Source: an uncultured bacterium (GTDB taxonomy: Bacteria > Desulfobacterota_D > UBA1144 > Nemesobacterales > UBA2774). From it: a stretch of DNA of 64,000 nucleotides. Shown here in pieces: positions 19,746 to 29,822 of this stretch (position 1 is the stretch's first letter; every line of letters starts with the position of its first letter). Location of the stretch: NCBI GenBank assembly GCA_963705505.1, contig CAVPJU010000006.1, positions 757,073-821,072 on the forward strand, in the 5' to 3' direction. Both the position numbers and the translations under genes were made by a program. The notes below the pieces were generated by a model. That model did no database searches, was not told where the DNA came from, and saw only the letters and a list, made by a program, of their open reading frames with translations.

Positions 19746-20335
19746 CTGGGAGTACCGGTCGCTTTGCCTCTCGTATACGTATAACTTGACGTTATCATCC
19801 AGATTGAAGCTATTCGGGAGTTTCCTGAATTCATACCGATCCCTTCATTTTTAGAAATTTTTTCGGCGGGTATCGATATTACACCTGGTCCTTTTCACCT
19901 AAGTGATATTGAATCGGATCGGCTATTATCAAATATTTAGAGTGGAATAATTCAAATGGGAGTCCGTCTCTTTTGCACGTCGGCCGTTAACTCGGGTTCA
20001 AAAGCTTACATTATCGGCATGGATCTATACATCCGATTCCTGCCCTCACGGATTTTTATGAAGTTTGTGGTAGTATATATGAATATAAACGATTGATATA
20101 ATAAGAATTAAACTCACTATACATATATTTGTCAAAAGGGTGTTGCCATTTAGGAATAATACGAGCTTTTTATTTCCTATATTTTCAATGCTTTTGCTAC
20201 TAATAAGTAACATGCGGAACTGGCTACTACGTATATTCGAAAGTCGCGGCAGGTTAATTGGCGAAACAATACTGGTTCGACGAATTCAACAAGTACGTAA
20301 GAAGAAGTACCAAAATTCTTGCAATATGGATCGCC

Positions 20336-22051
20336 TTAAGTGGTTTGAATAACCTTCTTTGGGACAAGAGAATTGATGAAGCTTTTAAAGTCATATATTT
20401 TCGAGTAATTAATTATTCCGATGATGGATAATAAAGTGAACATGAGGTATAAATTCCTTGATTCGGTGTAGGTCTTGTAAATGAATATCATTTCTGTAAG
20501 TGTGGGTATCGGTATCCAAAACGCTATGGACTGAGGCTTATCGAAGTTCGGTATAAACGTGTAAGCAAACGTCGTGATGATAAAGACCAGATAAATGAAT
20601 ATATAGATGATTCTTGGCAGTAAATTCTTAAAGAATGAAACGGACCTCTCAATGAACATAGCCGCTAGGATGAGAAAAGCAGAACTGATCAATAAATATT
20701 GATGGAAATCGAATGATTGGACTCTCGTAAAAGCGATTATAATTATAACTGCCTGTAGTGCAATAAAGAGAATGAAATATCTTATACGCTTTATCCGTAT
20801 TGAAAAAAATAAACCTAAAATAGATAGTATTGAAAACAATAGGCCGAAATGATTCGGGAAATCGAGAGCTCTGTGCATCCACGATAAATTGTGTTTGTAG
20901 GCTCCGTAAACACTTGACCAATCTGTTGTGATTTGTTTTTTCAGCAGAGGTTCTGCAATGATAAAATAAGAAATTATATATACCGCACAAACTATAATCA
21001 GGTTTCTTATCAGTTTGAGATAATCCTTGTAGCTCTTTGCTTCGTTTATAGCAATAAATGAAAACCTTTCAAGAAATGCGGCGATAAAAAAGGCTATAAC
21101 CCAAAAATTATAATATCTTCTGTTTATGCTGATTATAAATAAACAAATAGCTGTAAGGAAAAGCAAGATCAGATTTTGTTTTTCAGGCGGTCTTTCCACA
21201 TATATCAATAATATTAGTCCTATGAAAACAATCCCGCCTACGTCCGGATATCCGCGAAGAGTCGGGACCCTTCGGGACTATATAATGAGTGGTTGCAAAG
21301 AGAATTATTTTTACTAAATGAAAAAGACCGAATATAGAGTTTGTAAATTTTGGTGTTGAAGGTACAATGACAGTATTTACGGTTTCAGATAAAAGAAAAC
21401 TTGTTTGATCGCGTATAGTATTGACTGATTATGGAGAATACTAGCGTGAACAATATACACATGACTGATGGAATTATTGTATAATTTTGATATTGTGGTT
21501 GAAAATAAAACTAAAACTTATTTATATACTAAAAAAGAATTTTTTTGAAAAATTTATAAAGCTCATAGAGATCCGAATAATGTCATTCTAACTTGTTATA
21601 AGAATCAGAGTATATGCTCAATTTTGTTGTTTTTAAGTGTCAAAAAATAGTTAGATCGGTATCCTGACGATATGAATTTATTATTTTTTCCGATAGGTAA
21701 GTTAATATGATTATGGAAGGTAAAAGATAAATATTGGAAATCGCCAGAATATAGCCGATTCTGGATTCGCCAAACAAGTAGTAGAACGGGAGTAGTGGTA
21801 TAACGGGGAGATAGTTATAGTCGTTAATAGTATCTAATTGAAGTTAAAATGTCCTTAATACTTGCTATCGGAGTGCGTACCAGGTTGTGCCCGATATAGG
21901 TATATTGTTCCCAATATCCTACGAGGTCCCAGTTATAGATATAATGTTCTTGTTTGATATAAAAAATCGTAAAGGCATTTACGAATACAATTGATAGGAA
22001 TAATGCTATCAGGTATCGATAATTTATAATTTTTAATTTGATATTACTCAT
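20336..22051 (-). pseudogene. Fragmented polytopic membrane protein, GT-C/ArnT-like glycosyltransferase
   Basis: Pieces: YNWDLVGYW (21824..22051), NDYNYLP..FGESR (frameshifted), VPTLRGYPD (~21270) running into hydrophobic ORF 20336..21208 containing RRYY. Confidence 0.55.
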
Positions 22052-22254
22052 CGGAAGTTATTTGTTTGTCGAGTTACCCTTTTACCCTCGCCCAAAAGCT
22101 GTAAGGTAATAATAAGAGGTTCCTGACTTTTTGAAATGCTTGTACATACTCATTCGTCCTCATGTTTGAAAGCGCCGAACGGGAGCACTCAAAGTCTCTA
22201 TCTTTCCCCTTGCGCTGTCAAGTGGGGAAAACGGAGGATCCCCAGCTGCGGCTT

Positions 22255-23172
22255 TCAATTTCTCGAGTACACATCTTCCCTTGCGTGACGGCTGTAATAA
22301 TCCAGACATTCCGTTTCTCGGCCGCGTATGACCCTCCTTCCCGATAACCTTCCCTGCCACTCCGTGACCACCGTGCACTGGTCCTCTTCCCCGTCCTTCT
22401 CATAGTAGACAATGACCCAGTCCCTCATCCTGCCGAGTTTGTGCGCAAGAGGCGAGTTCGAGTAAAGTACGGTGAATGCCCAGCCGTCCTTTTCTTTGTG
22501 ATAGATCGGGAGCCATTTTTCACCCGACGGGTTAAAACGCTTGGGTGCGATTTTCTTGAGCTCCCCGCGAGCCGCTTTTTCCCTGTACTCCCTGTCGGAT
22601 TCCAGCACAAGCTCGACGCCGGGTTTATGAAGGTCGAGCTCTCTCATCTCATGCTCGAGCCAGCGGAGCCTCCGTGCACGGCGCCTGGAGGCCTTGGACA
22701 GAATCCCCGACAGGGTGTCTCTAATGCCCTGGACCTTTCTCCTGCCGAGGCCGGGGACTTTATAAAGAGTGCCGTCGTGCGCCGCTATTTCGAGCTCCTC
22801 TAAAGTCTCGATGCCGAGCGTCTTGTGTATCTCGCGAGCCGTCTTCTCGCCTATCCCCGGTACTGTCTCGAAAAGCTCCTCCGGCGAGACCTGTCCTTCG
22901 AGCCTCTCGAGAAGCCCTATGCGTCCCGTGGAGAGGAGTTCCGATATGGCAGCCGCTATGCTCTTTCCGATTCCGGGCAGCGCTTCGAGTCCCTTTATAC
23001 CCTCGGATTCGAATATCTGAGGGACCGGGGTTTCGGAGTCCCTGACCGTGTTAGCCGCGTTGAGATAAGCCCTCACGCGGTAGGTGCCGGCCCCCTGGAC
23101 TTCGAGCAGCGATGATATACGCTCGAGGGCATCCGCTATTTCTTCATTGCTGAATGCAGGACCCTTTGTCAT
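22255..23172 (-). CDS. PolX N-terminal (8-kDa) plus helix-hairpin-helix protein with an uncharacterised C-terminal domain
   Basis: SNEEIADAL..YRVRAY, LPGIGKSIA, VPGIGEKTA, GIETLEEL; no DxD polymerase or PHP domain. Confidence 0.8.
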   Translation of the reverse strand: MTKGPAFSNEEIADALERISSLLEVQGAGTYRVRAYLNAANTVRDSETPVPQIFESEGIKGLEALPGIGKSIAAAISELLSTGRIGLLERLEGQVSPEELFETVPGIGEKTAREIHKTLGIETLEELEIAAHDGTLYKVPGLGRRKVQGIRDTLSGILSKASRRRARRLRWLEHEMRELDLHKPGVELVLESDREYREKAARGELKKIAPKRFNPSGEKWLPIYHKEKDGWAFTVLYSNSPLAHKLGRMRDWVIVYYEKDGEEDQCTVVTEWQGRLSGRRVIRGRETECLDYYSRHAREDVYSRN

Positions 23173-23300
23173 TGTTAATGTAGCTTCGTTTGAATATTGA
23201 GAGGATAAGGGAAACGTGCGCGGGTTGCAAGAATCCCGTTTTGACGCTTATTCCGCCTGAATCCGTCTGGAATTCTATGTTACTTGCTGTTAAGAAAGAG

Positions 23301-23341
23301 ATACGCAGAAAGGGGGTCCGTCCGACCCCCTTTCTGCGTAT
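23301..23341. terminator. Perfect 18-bp inverted repeat, probable terminator of the GT2 gene
   Basis: ATACGCAGAAAGGGGGTC-CGTCC-GACCCCCTTTCTGCGTAT. Confidence 0.75.
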
Positions 23342-23378
23342 TGAGTTTCCTGTAAGATTAAGATCGAAAGATGCGATC

Positions 23379-25286
23379 TTATTTCGTTATGTTTCTTTTT
23401 ATAGGCTGGTATTGATTCGGGCTTGAATTCGGAACAGGTTTTGTGACAAAGCTCTTGGATTCCTGAGATTTGCGTAAATCGTGTTCCGCAAGCAAGGCTA
23501 AAGCCGGCGCGGCGAGGTATTCAGCGCTTTTAAGTATCATCACCGAGCCCAGCATAAAGTGAAAGCCCATGTCAGGCAGCATGAAGAGCGATACCCCGCC
23601 CAGCAGGAGAATTGAAATACCTATGAGGGTTTCGGTCTGCGCCGAGCTCAGGGCTCCCAATCCCAGAGGAAGGGATTTGAATTTATTCGTCCTTTGCCAT
23701 GCTATCTCTTTTGTAAACAAACAGGATATGCTCGCGATGATGTACGTATGGCTCAAAGCGTTATTAGCAATAAACGCTCCTATCGTGTCCTTGAAGGAAC
23801 ACTTGAGATACACATGATACGTCAGCCATCTCAATGTGGCCCCGCATACGAGAACAACCAGAGACGTAATCCAGAGCGCTTTCGGCACGCCGACTACCTC
23901 GTGATGAAGCACCATCGATACAAGCGCCGCGAGCCCGAACGGTATAAAGAAAGCTCCGAGGCCCAGGTTCAAATAGCCGAACCCGTGGTTCAAATGGTGG
24001 ACTTTCTGAAGCACGGTCATCGCCGAGGATTTAGCGATGAACTTGGGTAAATAGAGCCTGACGTGGCGCTTTAATTCCTGGACAGGCCCGTATGTCCATC
24101 TGAAACGCTGTTTTTTGTAGCCTAAAAATGTTTCGGGTATGAGTCCGCGTCCGAATGTTTCGTTTGTATATACGGAAGAGTATCCCGCTGCGTGAATACG
24201 TATCGACAACTCCGAGTCCTCTGTCTGGCACCACTCTGCCCATCCGCCCGCTTCTTCGAGCGCCTTTTTTCTAATGAGGCACATGGTCCCTACTGTGAGA
24301 GCGGCGTCCCGCTCGTTGAGGCTCGGCATAATTGTTTCAAAGAAGTATTTGTACTCCCAGTAACACATCCTCTGATACAGGCTTTGCTCCCACTCTCTAT
24401 AGTCGTGGGGACTCTGTACGAAACCGATTTTTGGATCTTCGAAATAGCCCGCAAGCCGATCGAGAAAATCCGGCTCGACCTGGTAATCGCTGTCTACGAC
24501 GCCTATGATTTCAACGTCCGAGGAAGTGTGCCTGAGCGCAAAGTTAAGGGCTCCGGCTTTTGCGCCTTTCAGCGGGTCCACATGGAAGAACCTGAACCTC
24601 TCTCCTAACTTGGCGCAGTGCTGCTCGACCGGCTTCCAGAGATCGGGGTCTTTGGTATTATTGTCTATAACCATGACCTCGAAGTTCGGATAATTAAGCC
24701 TGGCTATACTGTCGAGCGTGGCGATTACAACATCAGGGGGCTCGGAGTAAGCCGGTACCTGAAGACAAACCCTCGGATATCTGTTCAGTTTCCCAGGCGG
24801 AAGCGGGCTGTTCGGTCTCGCCCATTTAACTTTCCCGAGGACTTCCCACTGCTCGAATGCCGTGATGATTCCGCCAAATAAAGTCAGGAATAGCAGCGGG
24901 TAGCCTATGTACATCAGCACGCGTGTGACCGTACTGACGTCTATGGACGTTATAAACCAGAACCCCCATATTATTCCGAAGAATGTAAAGAGGGCATAGG
25001 TTACCAGCAGGAGCCTTCCTGCGATCGTGAAATTTTTTAAAAGCCTGTGTGATATAAGTATCGTGGTCACACTTAATGCCGAAAGTATAGCAATTTCCGG
25101 CGCGGAATATCCGAGAACCCAGATAATCAAAGCTGCAACTATATTGACGTTCATATACTCGAGGAAGCTGTAATAATGCTTTTCCTTGCCTATCAGGTTT
25201 TTTACAGTGATCAATAAAACCGACAGGGCAAAACTTACAGCCGAGTATATGTAGCCAGCACTAATTAACTCGCCAAAATTAAACAT
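23379..25286 (-). CDS. Processive GT2 glycosyltransferase, NdvB/cellulose-synthase-like membrane glucan synthase
   Basis: VPAYSEP, IDNNT, KAGALN, DSD, TED, QRFRW; TM segments on both sides. Confidence 0.9.
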   Translation of the reverse strand: MFNFGELISAGYIYSAVSFALSVLLITVKNLIGKEKHYYSFLEYMNVNIVAALIIWVLGYSAPEIAILSALSVTTILISHRLLKNFTIAGRLLLVTYALFTFFGIIWGFWFITSIDVSTVTRVLMYIGYPLLFLTLFGGIITAFEQWEVLGKVKWARPNSPLPPGKLNRYPRVCLQVPAYSEPPDVVIATLDSIARLNYPNFEVMVIDNNTKDPDLWKPVEQHCAKLGERFRFFHVDPLKGAKAGALNFALRHTSSDVEIIGVVDSDYQVEPDFLDRLAGYFEDPKIGFVQSPHDYREWEQSLYQRMCYWEYKYFFETIMPSLNERDAALTVGTMCLIRKKALEEAGGWAEWCQTEDSELSIRIHAAGYSSVYTNETFGRGLIPETFLGYKKQRFRWTYGPVQELKRHVRLYLPKFIAKSSAMTVLQKVHHLNHGFGYLNLGLGAFFIPFGLAALVSMVLHHEVVGVPKALWITSLVVLVCGATLRWLTYHVYLKCSFKDTIGAFIANNALSHTYIIASISCLFTKEIAWQRTNKFKSLPLGLGALSSAQTETLIGISILLLGGVSLFMLPDMGFHFMLGSVMILKSAEYLAAPALALLAEHDLRKSQESKSFVTKPVPNSSPNQYQPIKRNITK

Positions 25287-25555
25287 CTAAGTATGATCCT
25301 CCTTTCAGAATCTGAACATTAGCTTGATATGCATAAAAGCTTCCTACCAATTTCACCTTTGATATTCTCATTCTTCCTGCCTGTTTTTAGATTTAAAACG
25401 GAAACAAATTTAATACCGCAATGCTATAAGTTTTAATTATTCGGTAGTATTCATGGAAGGGATGATAACCAGAGTCTCTTTAAGGCCGTAGTCTTTAATT
25501 TAAATGTTGTAACCTGTGTTTTAAACACTTTTATTTGCATTTGCTCTTAATATAA

Positions 25556-25571
25556 TGCAAGTAATATGCCA
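25556..25571 (-). promoter_or_regulatory. Sigma-54 (-24/-12) promoter upstream of the GT2 gene
   Basis: Minus strand TGGCATATTACTTGCA = GG-N10-GC. Confidence 0.75.
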
Positions 25572-25640
25572 TTTCAAGATTATATCAATATCTAATGATC
25601 ATAATGGATTAGGAGATCTATTCGGCCCGTTTTTAGAATA

Positions 25641-25683
25641 ATTGTGTAATTTTACACTTCCTGACTGTGCGCAATTACACAAT
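25641..25683. promoter_or_regulatory. Putative enhancer-binding-protein UAS pair
   Basis: GTGTAATTTTACAC and GTGCGCAATTACAC; the block is bounded by the inverted repeat ATTGTGTAATT/AATTACACAAT, 70-110 bp upstream of the sigma-54 site. Confidence 0.55.
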
Positions 25684-25902
25684 AGACTTTCGATTCAATT
25701 TTTTTGCTGTCGGAGTTAGTTAAATGAGGCGTCGGCTCGGTTCAATCCAGCGGGGTTTGGCGGTGTTTCGAAGCCGGATCGTCCCTCCGCCTTAAACTCG
25801 GGAAAAAGCCGACTGATATATCAATGTTTACAGTAGGTTATGCATAGAGAGGCCGGATACGCGTCCTATTTTGCAGGAAAGCCCCGTACGGACTCGAATG
25901 AG

Positions 25903-28128
25903 CTAATTTCTTCTGCTTATCATCAGGATAGGACAGTCGGTTTCCCGCGCGATCCTGAGTGTAAGTTCGCCCATGGATTTTTGACGTCTGCCGAGCCTCT
26001 GAGTCCCCAGTATTACGAGATCGCTTTCGGTGACACGGCTTATTATATGACCTGCAATGTCGTCCGATTTCTCTACTTTTATTTTGATATCGCCCTGCGC
26101 GGCCTGGTCTGCGGCGTAAAGGAATAGCTCCTTCCGCGCCCTGTCATTGGATCTCCAATCCGCGTCCTCGGGAAGTACCCTCAGAAAAGTGATTTCCGGG
26201 TTTCTCGAACGGCAAATACTGCCCAATAGTCGTGCGAGGAGTTCCCCGTGACCGCCCCTGCCTGCGACCGGAACGAGGATGCGTTTTGCATCGAGTATCT
26301 GCCACTCGCGAGGAGCGCGAAGTATGACCACATCGCTGTCGACGCTGTTCAGAAGTTTTTCCAGATTGTTCTCGGTATCGCTGTCGGTAAATTGTGTTAA
26401 ACCGAGAAGCAGACTTTCGCACCTGTGGGTCTCGGATACGCGTATGATCTCGGGCCAGGGTTTTTCGGCTATTGTAATCAGGGCCTCGGGAGATAATCCG
26501 ATGTTGAGTGAGGCGGAAACCGCCTCTCTCAACACTTCCTGGGCATTTATGACAAGATCCCGGTTCCCGCTGCGGTCCGGTTCGCCCCTGGTGATGACGA
26601 CGGAGAGTAGGAGCACCCTGCCGATCTCGGGGGGAGCGAGCGCGTTTGCCACGGCGACCATAGGGGCTGCATTCGTGGGGTTCGCTATCGGAACCAGCAC
26701 GAGAGGACTCCTCCCTCTCAACTTCACGAGCTCGGGATCGAAACCCTCTGATGAAGCGTCGAAAATCCTTGCGCTCCGTCCGAAGAGGATCATGTACAAA
26801 CCTCCCCCGATGAAGAGCCATACAAGCGCGATCAATCCCGCCGCCGGGACTTTAATGCCCTGAAAGATCGCGAGGCCCAGGCATGCGGCAATTCCGATAA
26901 TCGGGATATATGGAAAAAGCGGTGTTCTGAACGAGTGGGATATCTTACCTCTCCTGCGTCTGGCAAGGATGCCGATCCACTGGACGAGGGCGAACGACAG
27001 GAGAAAGATCAAGCTTGCCGCGGCCCCTGCCGAACCTATGTCCGGGATGACCAAAACGGTCAAAACAATAATTATTGCCGTTACCAGGACCGAATTGGCG
27101 GGGGTGCCGTGTTTTATATATATGCTACCGAGAATTCTCGGAAGGGTCCTGTCCCTTGCCATGCTCTGGGCAATGCGCGATGCGGCAAGCATATTCGCGT
27201 AGAGAGCGGAGAGCATGGAGAGTATGGCTGCCGCAATGACGAGCCAGAACCCGAACCTGCCGAGATATGTTTCAGCGGTTAGTGCAATTATCGATTCGGG
27301 GTCTCCGATGCTCAAGGCTGTTATGGATTCCCCGGTTTTTGTGCCGACAACCGTTATTACGAAGATCAGAGGAATGTATATCGCGAGCGCTATGATTAAA
27401 GAAAAGATCATAGCCCTCGGTATCGTTCTTCCGGGATTTTTCACTTCTCCTGCGACGGCGGCTATGAGGTCGAACCCCTGAAGTGCGATAAACGTATATC
27501 CCATGGCCTGCACCAGCCCCAGGGCCCCGAAGGCAAAGAAAGGGGTGAAATCCCTTTTGATATCGGCTGTCGACTCCCTCGTAAGCGCGCTCATTCCTGC
27601 AAGGATCAGTATGGAAAATGCGGCGATCTTTCCTATGTTCGCTATTACGCTTCCGCCGCCCTTTTTAAATATGAGACTCAGGGTGTAATAAACGATGGTG
27701 AAAACCGCTATAACGCCCGCAACACGGTCCGCTCTTATCCATTCCGGATGAAATCCCGGGATCCCCGCCAGAAGCCTCTCGACCAGGATTCCTATAAAGT
27801 AGCCGGCTCCGACGGCATAAAAAACTCCCGCCATTATCGAAGCAAACCAGACGACCCATCCGACTGCGAATGCTGCCCTGATCGACAGTACCTTTTTCGA
27901 GAAAACGTACGTCCCTCCCGATTCGGGAAACGCCGCCGACAGCTCGGCAAAGCTCAGCGCGGTAATCAGCGCGATAACTCCGTTGAGCGCAAAAGCCAGG
28001 ATGGCGCTCGGACCAGTGGACGCGAACGCCACACCTGTGAGCGCCAGGATGCCTCCGCCTACAATGGCTCCCACACCGATACCGACGGCTCCAAAAAATC
28101 CGATATTTCGCTCTGCTTTCGACTCCAT
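25903..28128 (-). CDS. APC-family amino acid permease fused to universal-stress-protein domains
   Basis: GVGAIVGGGI, SFAELS..PESGG, GFD...AGEVKNP; C-terminal LVPIANP and LVPVAG USP-like repeats. Confidence 0.9.
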   Translation of the reverse strand: MESKAERNIGFFGAVGIGVGAIVGGGILALTGVAFASTGPSAILAFALNGVIALITALSFAELSAAFPESGGTYVFSKKVLSIRAAFAVGWVVWFASIMAGVFYAVGAGYFIGILVERLLAGIPGFHPEWIRADRVAGVIAVFTIVYYTLSLIFKKGGGSVIANIGKIAAFSILILAGMSALTRESTADIKRDFTPFFAFGALGLVQAMGYTFIALQGFDLIAAVAGEVKNPGRTIPRAMIFSLIIALAIYIPLIFVITVVGTKTGESITALSIGDPESIIALTAETYLGRFGFWLVIAAAILSMLSALYANMLAASRIAQSMARDRTLPRILGSIYIKHGTPANSVLVTAIIIVLTVLVIPDIGSAGAAASLIFLLSFALVQWIGILARRRRGKISHSFRTPLFPYIPIIGIAACLGLAIFQGIKVPAAGLIALVWLFIGGGLYMILFGRSARIFDASSEGFDPELVKLRGRSPLVLVPIANPTNAAPMVAVANALAPPEIGRVLLLSVVITRGEPDRSGNRDLVINAQEVLREAVSASLNIGLSPEALITIAEKPWPEIIRVSETHRCESLLLGLTQFTDSDTENNLEKLLNSVDSDVVILRAPREWQILDAKRILVPVAGRGGHGELLARLLGSICRSRNPEITFLRVLPEDADWRSNDRARKELFLYAADQAAQGDIKIKVEKSDDIAGHIISRVTESDLVILGTQRLGRRQKSMGELTLRIARETDCPILMISRRN

Positions 28129-28320
28129 GGGTTTTATTATATATATCTGATGTGCATGATATTGTTCAGACGATTAGCGTTAGGCCCGCTCCCTTGTTTC
28201 CATAATCCCGGAAGGGCTTTCAGTCAGCTTTAATGATTTGTCGCGGGGCTGATAACTCCGGTCGCGATGAAATCGCTCCGGCCCGGTTAATTCGAAAAAA
28301 ATTTGTAATAAGGCAAATGA

Positions 28321-29574
28321 TCAGTCCTTCCAGATATCGAATCTTTTTAACAGGTAGGATTTATTTTGTTCGAATATTCTTGCCTGCTCCTGAATGACCT
28401 GCTCCGCTTCATCGCTCGTCATGCTCATGACCTGCTGACAGTAGCTCTTTACTCTCCCGAAGTAAAGAGGCGTAATGATATCCACAAGCCTTCTCTTATT
28501 TCTCTGCCACTGCTGATAGCTATAAGCGAAATCGTAAAGGATCTTGCTCCATAGCTCGGCATCGAACTCGGCTTCTTTATTGGAATTCCAGCTGTCGTAT
28601 ATCTCGTCGAGCCTATCCAGGTTATTGTCATTGAGTATTTCTTCATACATCGGGCGGAAGTGCCGGAATCCCTCGACGAACTCTTCGTGCAGGTCGTTCA
28701 TGCTTACCGAGACCGCCTCCAGCTTGGGTTCTTCCTCGATCCTGTTGTTTATTTGAATTGCCTGGAACGGATTCTCCCTGTGCCAGTTGTGCTCGTATTT
28801 GCTCATCAGATAAAAGAAGGTGCTTACGACCTGCCTGAACATGGGACCGAGGTCCGAAGCAGGGTCCTTTGCGCCGTGTATTTTGGTGCCGAGGTAAGTT
28901 TGGACGACTTTGAATCCCTCATTTATAGCGCAGGTGGTCATCCAGATGTCGATCCCGAAATGCGCTACGTCCGTGTCCCAAACGTCCTCCTTGACGTAGA
29001 ATGCGGCCAGCTCCGGACAGAAGCCGAAGTCCCCGCCGATGGGCTGCCTCACATCGATCCCGTAAAGTGCACGGGTCAAAGGGTATACGATCTGATTTGT
29101 AATGGTTCCGTCGAATTTATGTCTTCTGTAATAAGGGGCGACGAATCCCGCCGATCCGTCGAGAATAGGTTCGACAATGAATTTGACCCATTCGGGTGTA
29201 ATGCTTCTAAGGTCGGCGTCGAATACGGCTATCGCCTTTACCTTGAGCATTATCGCGAGCTCGAATACGGCCCTGAACGAAGTGCCTTTCCCTGGCAAAC
29301 CCCTGTAAATCGTGACTCTCCTGCGGATGTGTTCGGGAATCTTTGCCTGATATGCGTTCTCTCTCGTATCGTCCAGAGAGCCGCCGTCGCTTATAAATAT
29401 TGCGGCTTTATATTCGGGGAAATATTGAGACAATCCCTTGGCTACCTGCTCGACGACGAAACCGATCGAGTCCTCACAGTTGTAGCAGGGTATCCCCACA
29501 AGAATATCCACGGATTTTATCTCGTCCACCCACCACAGGACGTTCTGCCTCAGAGCCGATTCATATTTTCGCAT
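28321..29574 (-). CDS. GT2-like glucosylglycerate/mannosylglycerate synthase family protein
   Basis: VGIPCYN, DGGSLD, GKG, DADL, DGTITN, RQPIGGDF, FGIDIWMTT, KIH. Confidence 0.75.
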   Translation of the reverse strand: MRKYESALRQNVLWWVDEIKSVDILVGIPCYNCEDSIGFVVEQVAKGLSQYFPEYKAAIFISDGGSLDDTRENAYQAKIPEHIRRRVTIYRGLPGKGTSFRAVFELAIMLKVKAIAVFDADLRSITPEWVKFIVEPILDGSAGFVAPYYRRHKFDGTITNQIVYPLTRALYGIDVRQPIGGDFGFCPELAAFYVKEDVWDTDVAHFGIDIWMTTCAINEGFKVVQTYLGTKIHGAKDPASDLGPMFRQVVSTFFYLMSKYEHNWHRENPFQAIQINNRIEEEPKLEAVSVSMNDLHEEFVEGFRHFRPMYEEILNDNNLDRLDEIYDSWNSNKEAEFDAELWSKILYDFAYSYQQWQRNKRRLVDIITPLYFGRVKSYCQQVMSMTSDEAEQVIQEQARIFEQNKSYLLKRFDIWKD

Positions 29575-29822
29575 GCCTTAATTATTACTCAATTATTCCT
29601 CACTATTGATTAAAAAATGTAAATATAACATTGAATTTCTCCGGCGTGAAAAATTAAGCAACATAACTTCCTTCCATAATTGTAAATTTAATTTGTGAGG
29701 TCATTTCGGAAAACATCAGGAGTCAAAAAATTTTATGATGAATGTGCTATTAATAATATCTGAATATATTCGGGGTGTCGTTCCCGAACGGATGGCCGGT
29801 TTTTGTTTGTCCGGGCTTTGAT

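Noticed and set aside
19365..19784. Plus-strand 139-aa ORF
   Set aside because: Shadow of the minus-strand IS3 remnant
13479..22150. One tRNA-Ala-anchored island spanning TetR to the AT-rich patch
   Set aside because: No integrase and no repeat of the tRNA 3' end seen; the mutase genes look host-like
28660..29613. Long antisense ORFs here and at 45077..45868, 49420..50085 and 54649..55215
   Set aside because: They lie opposite well-supported genes and show no motifs
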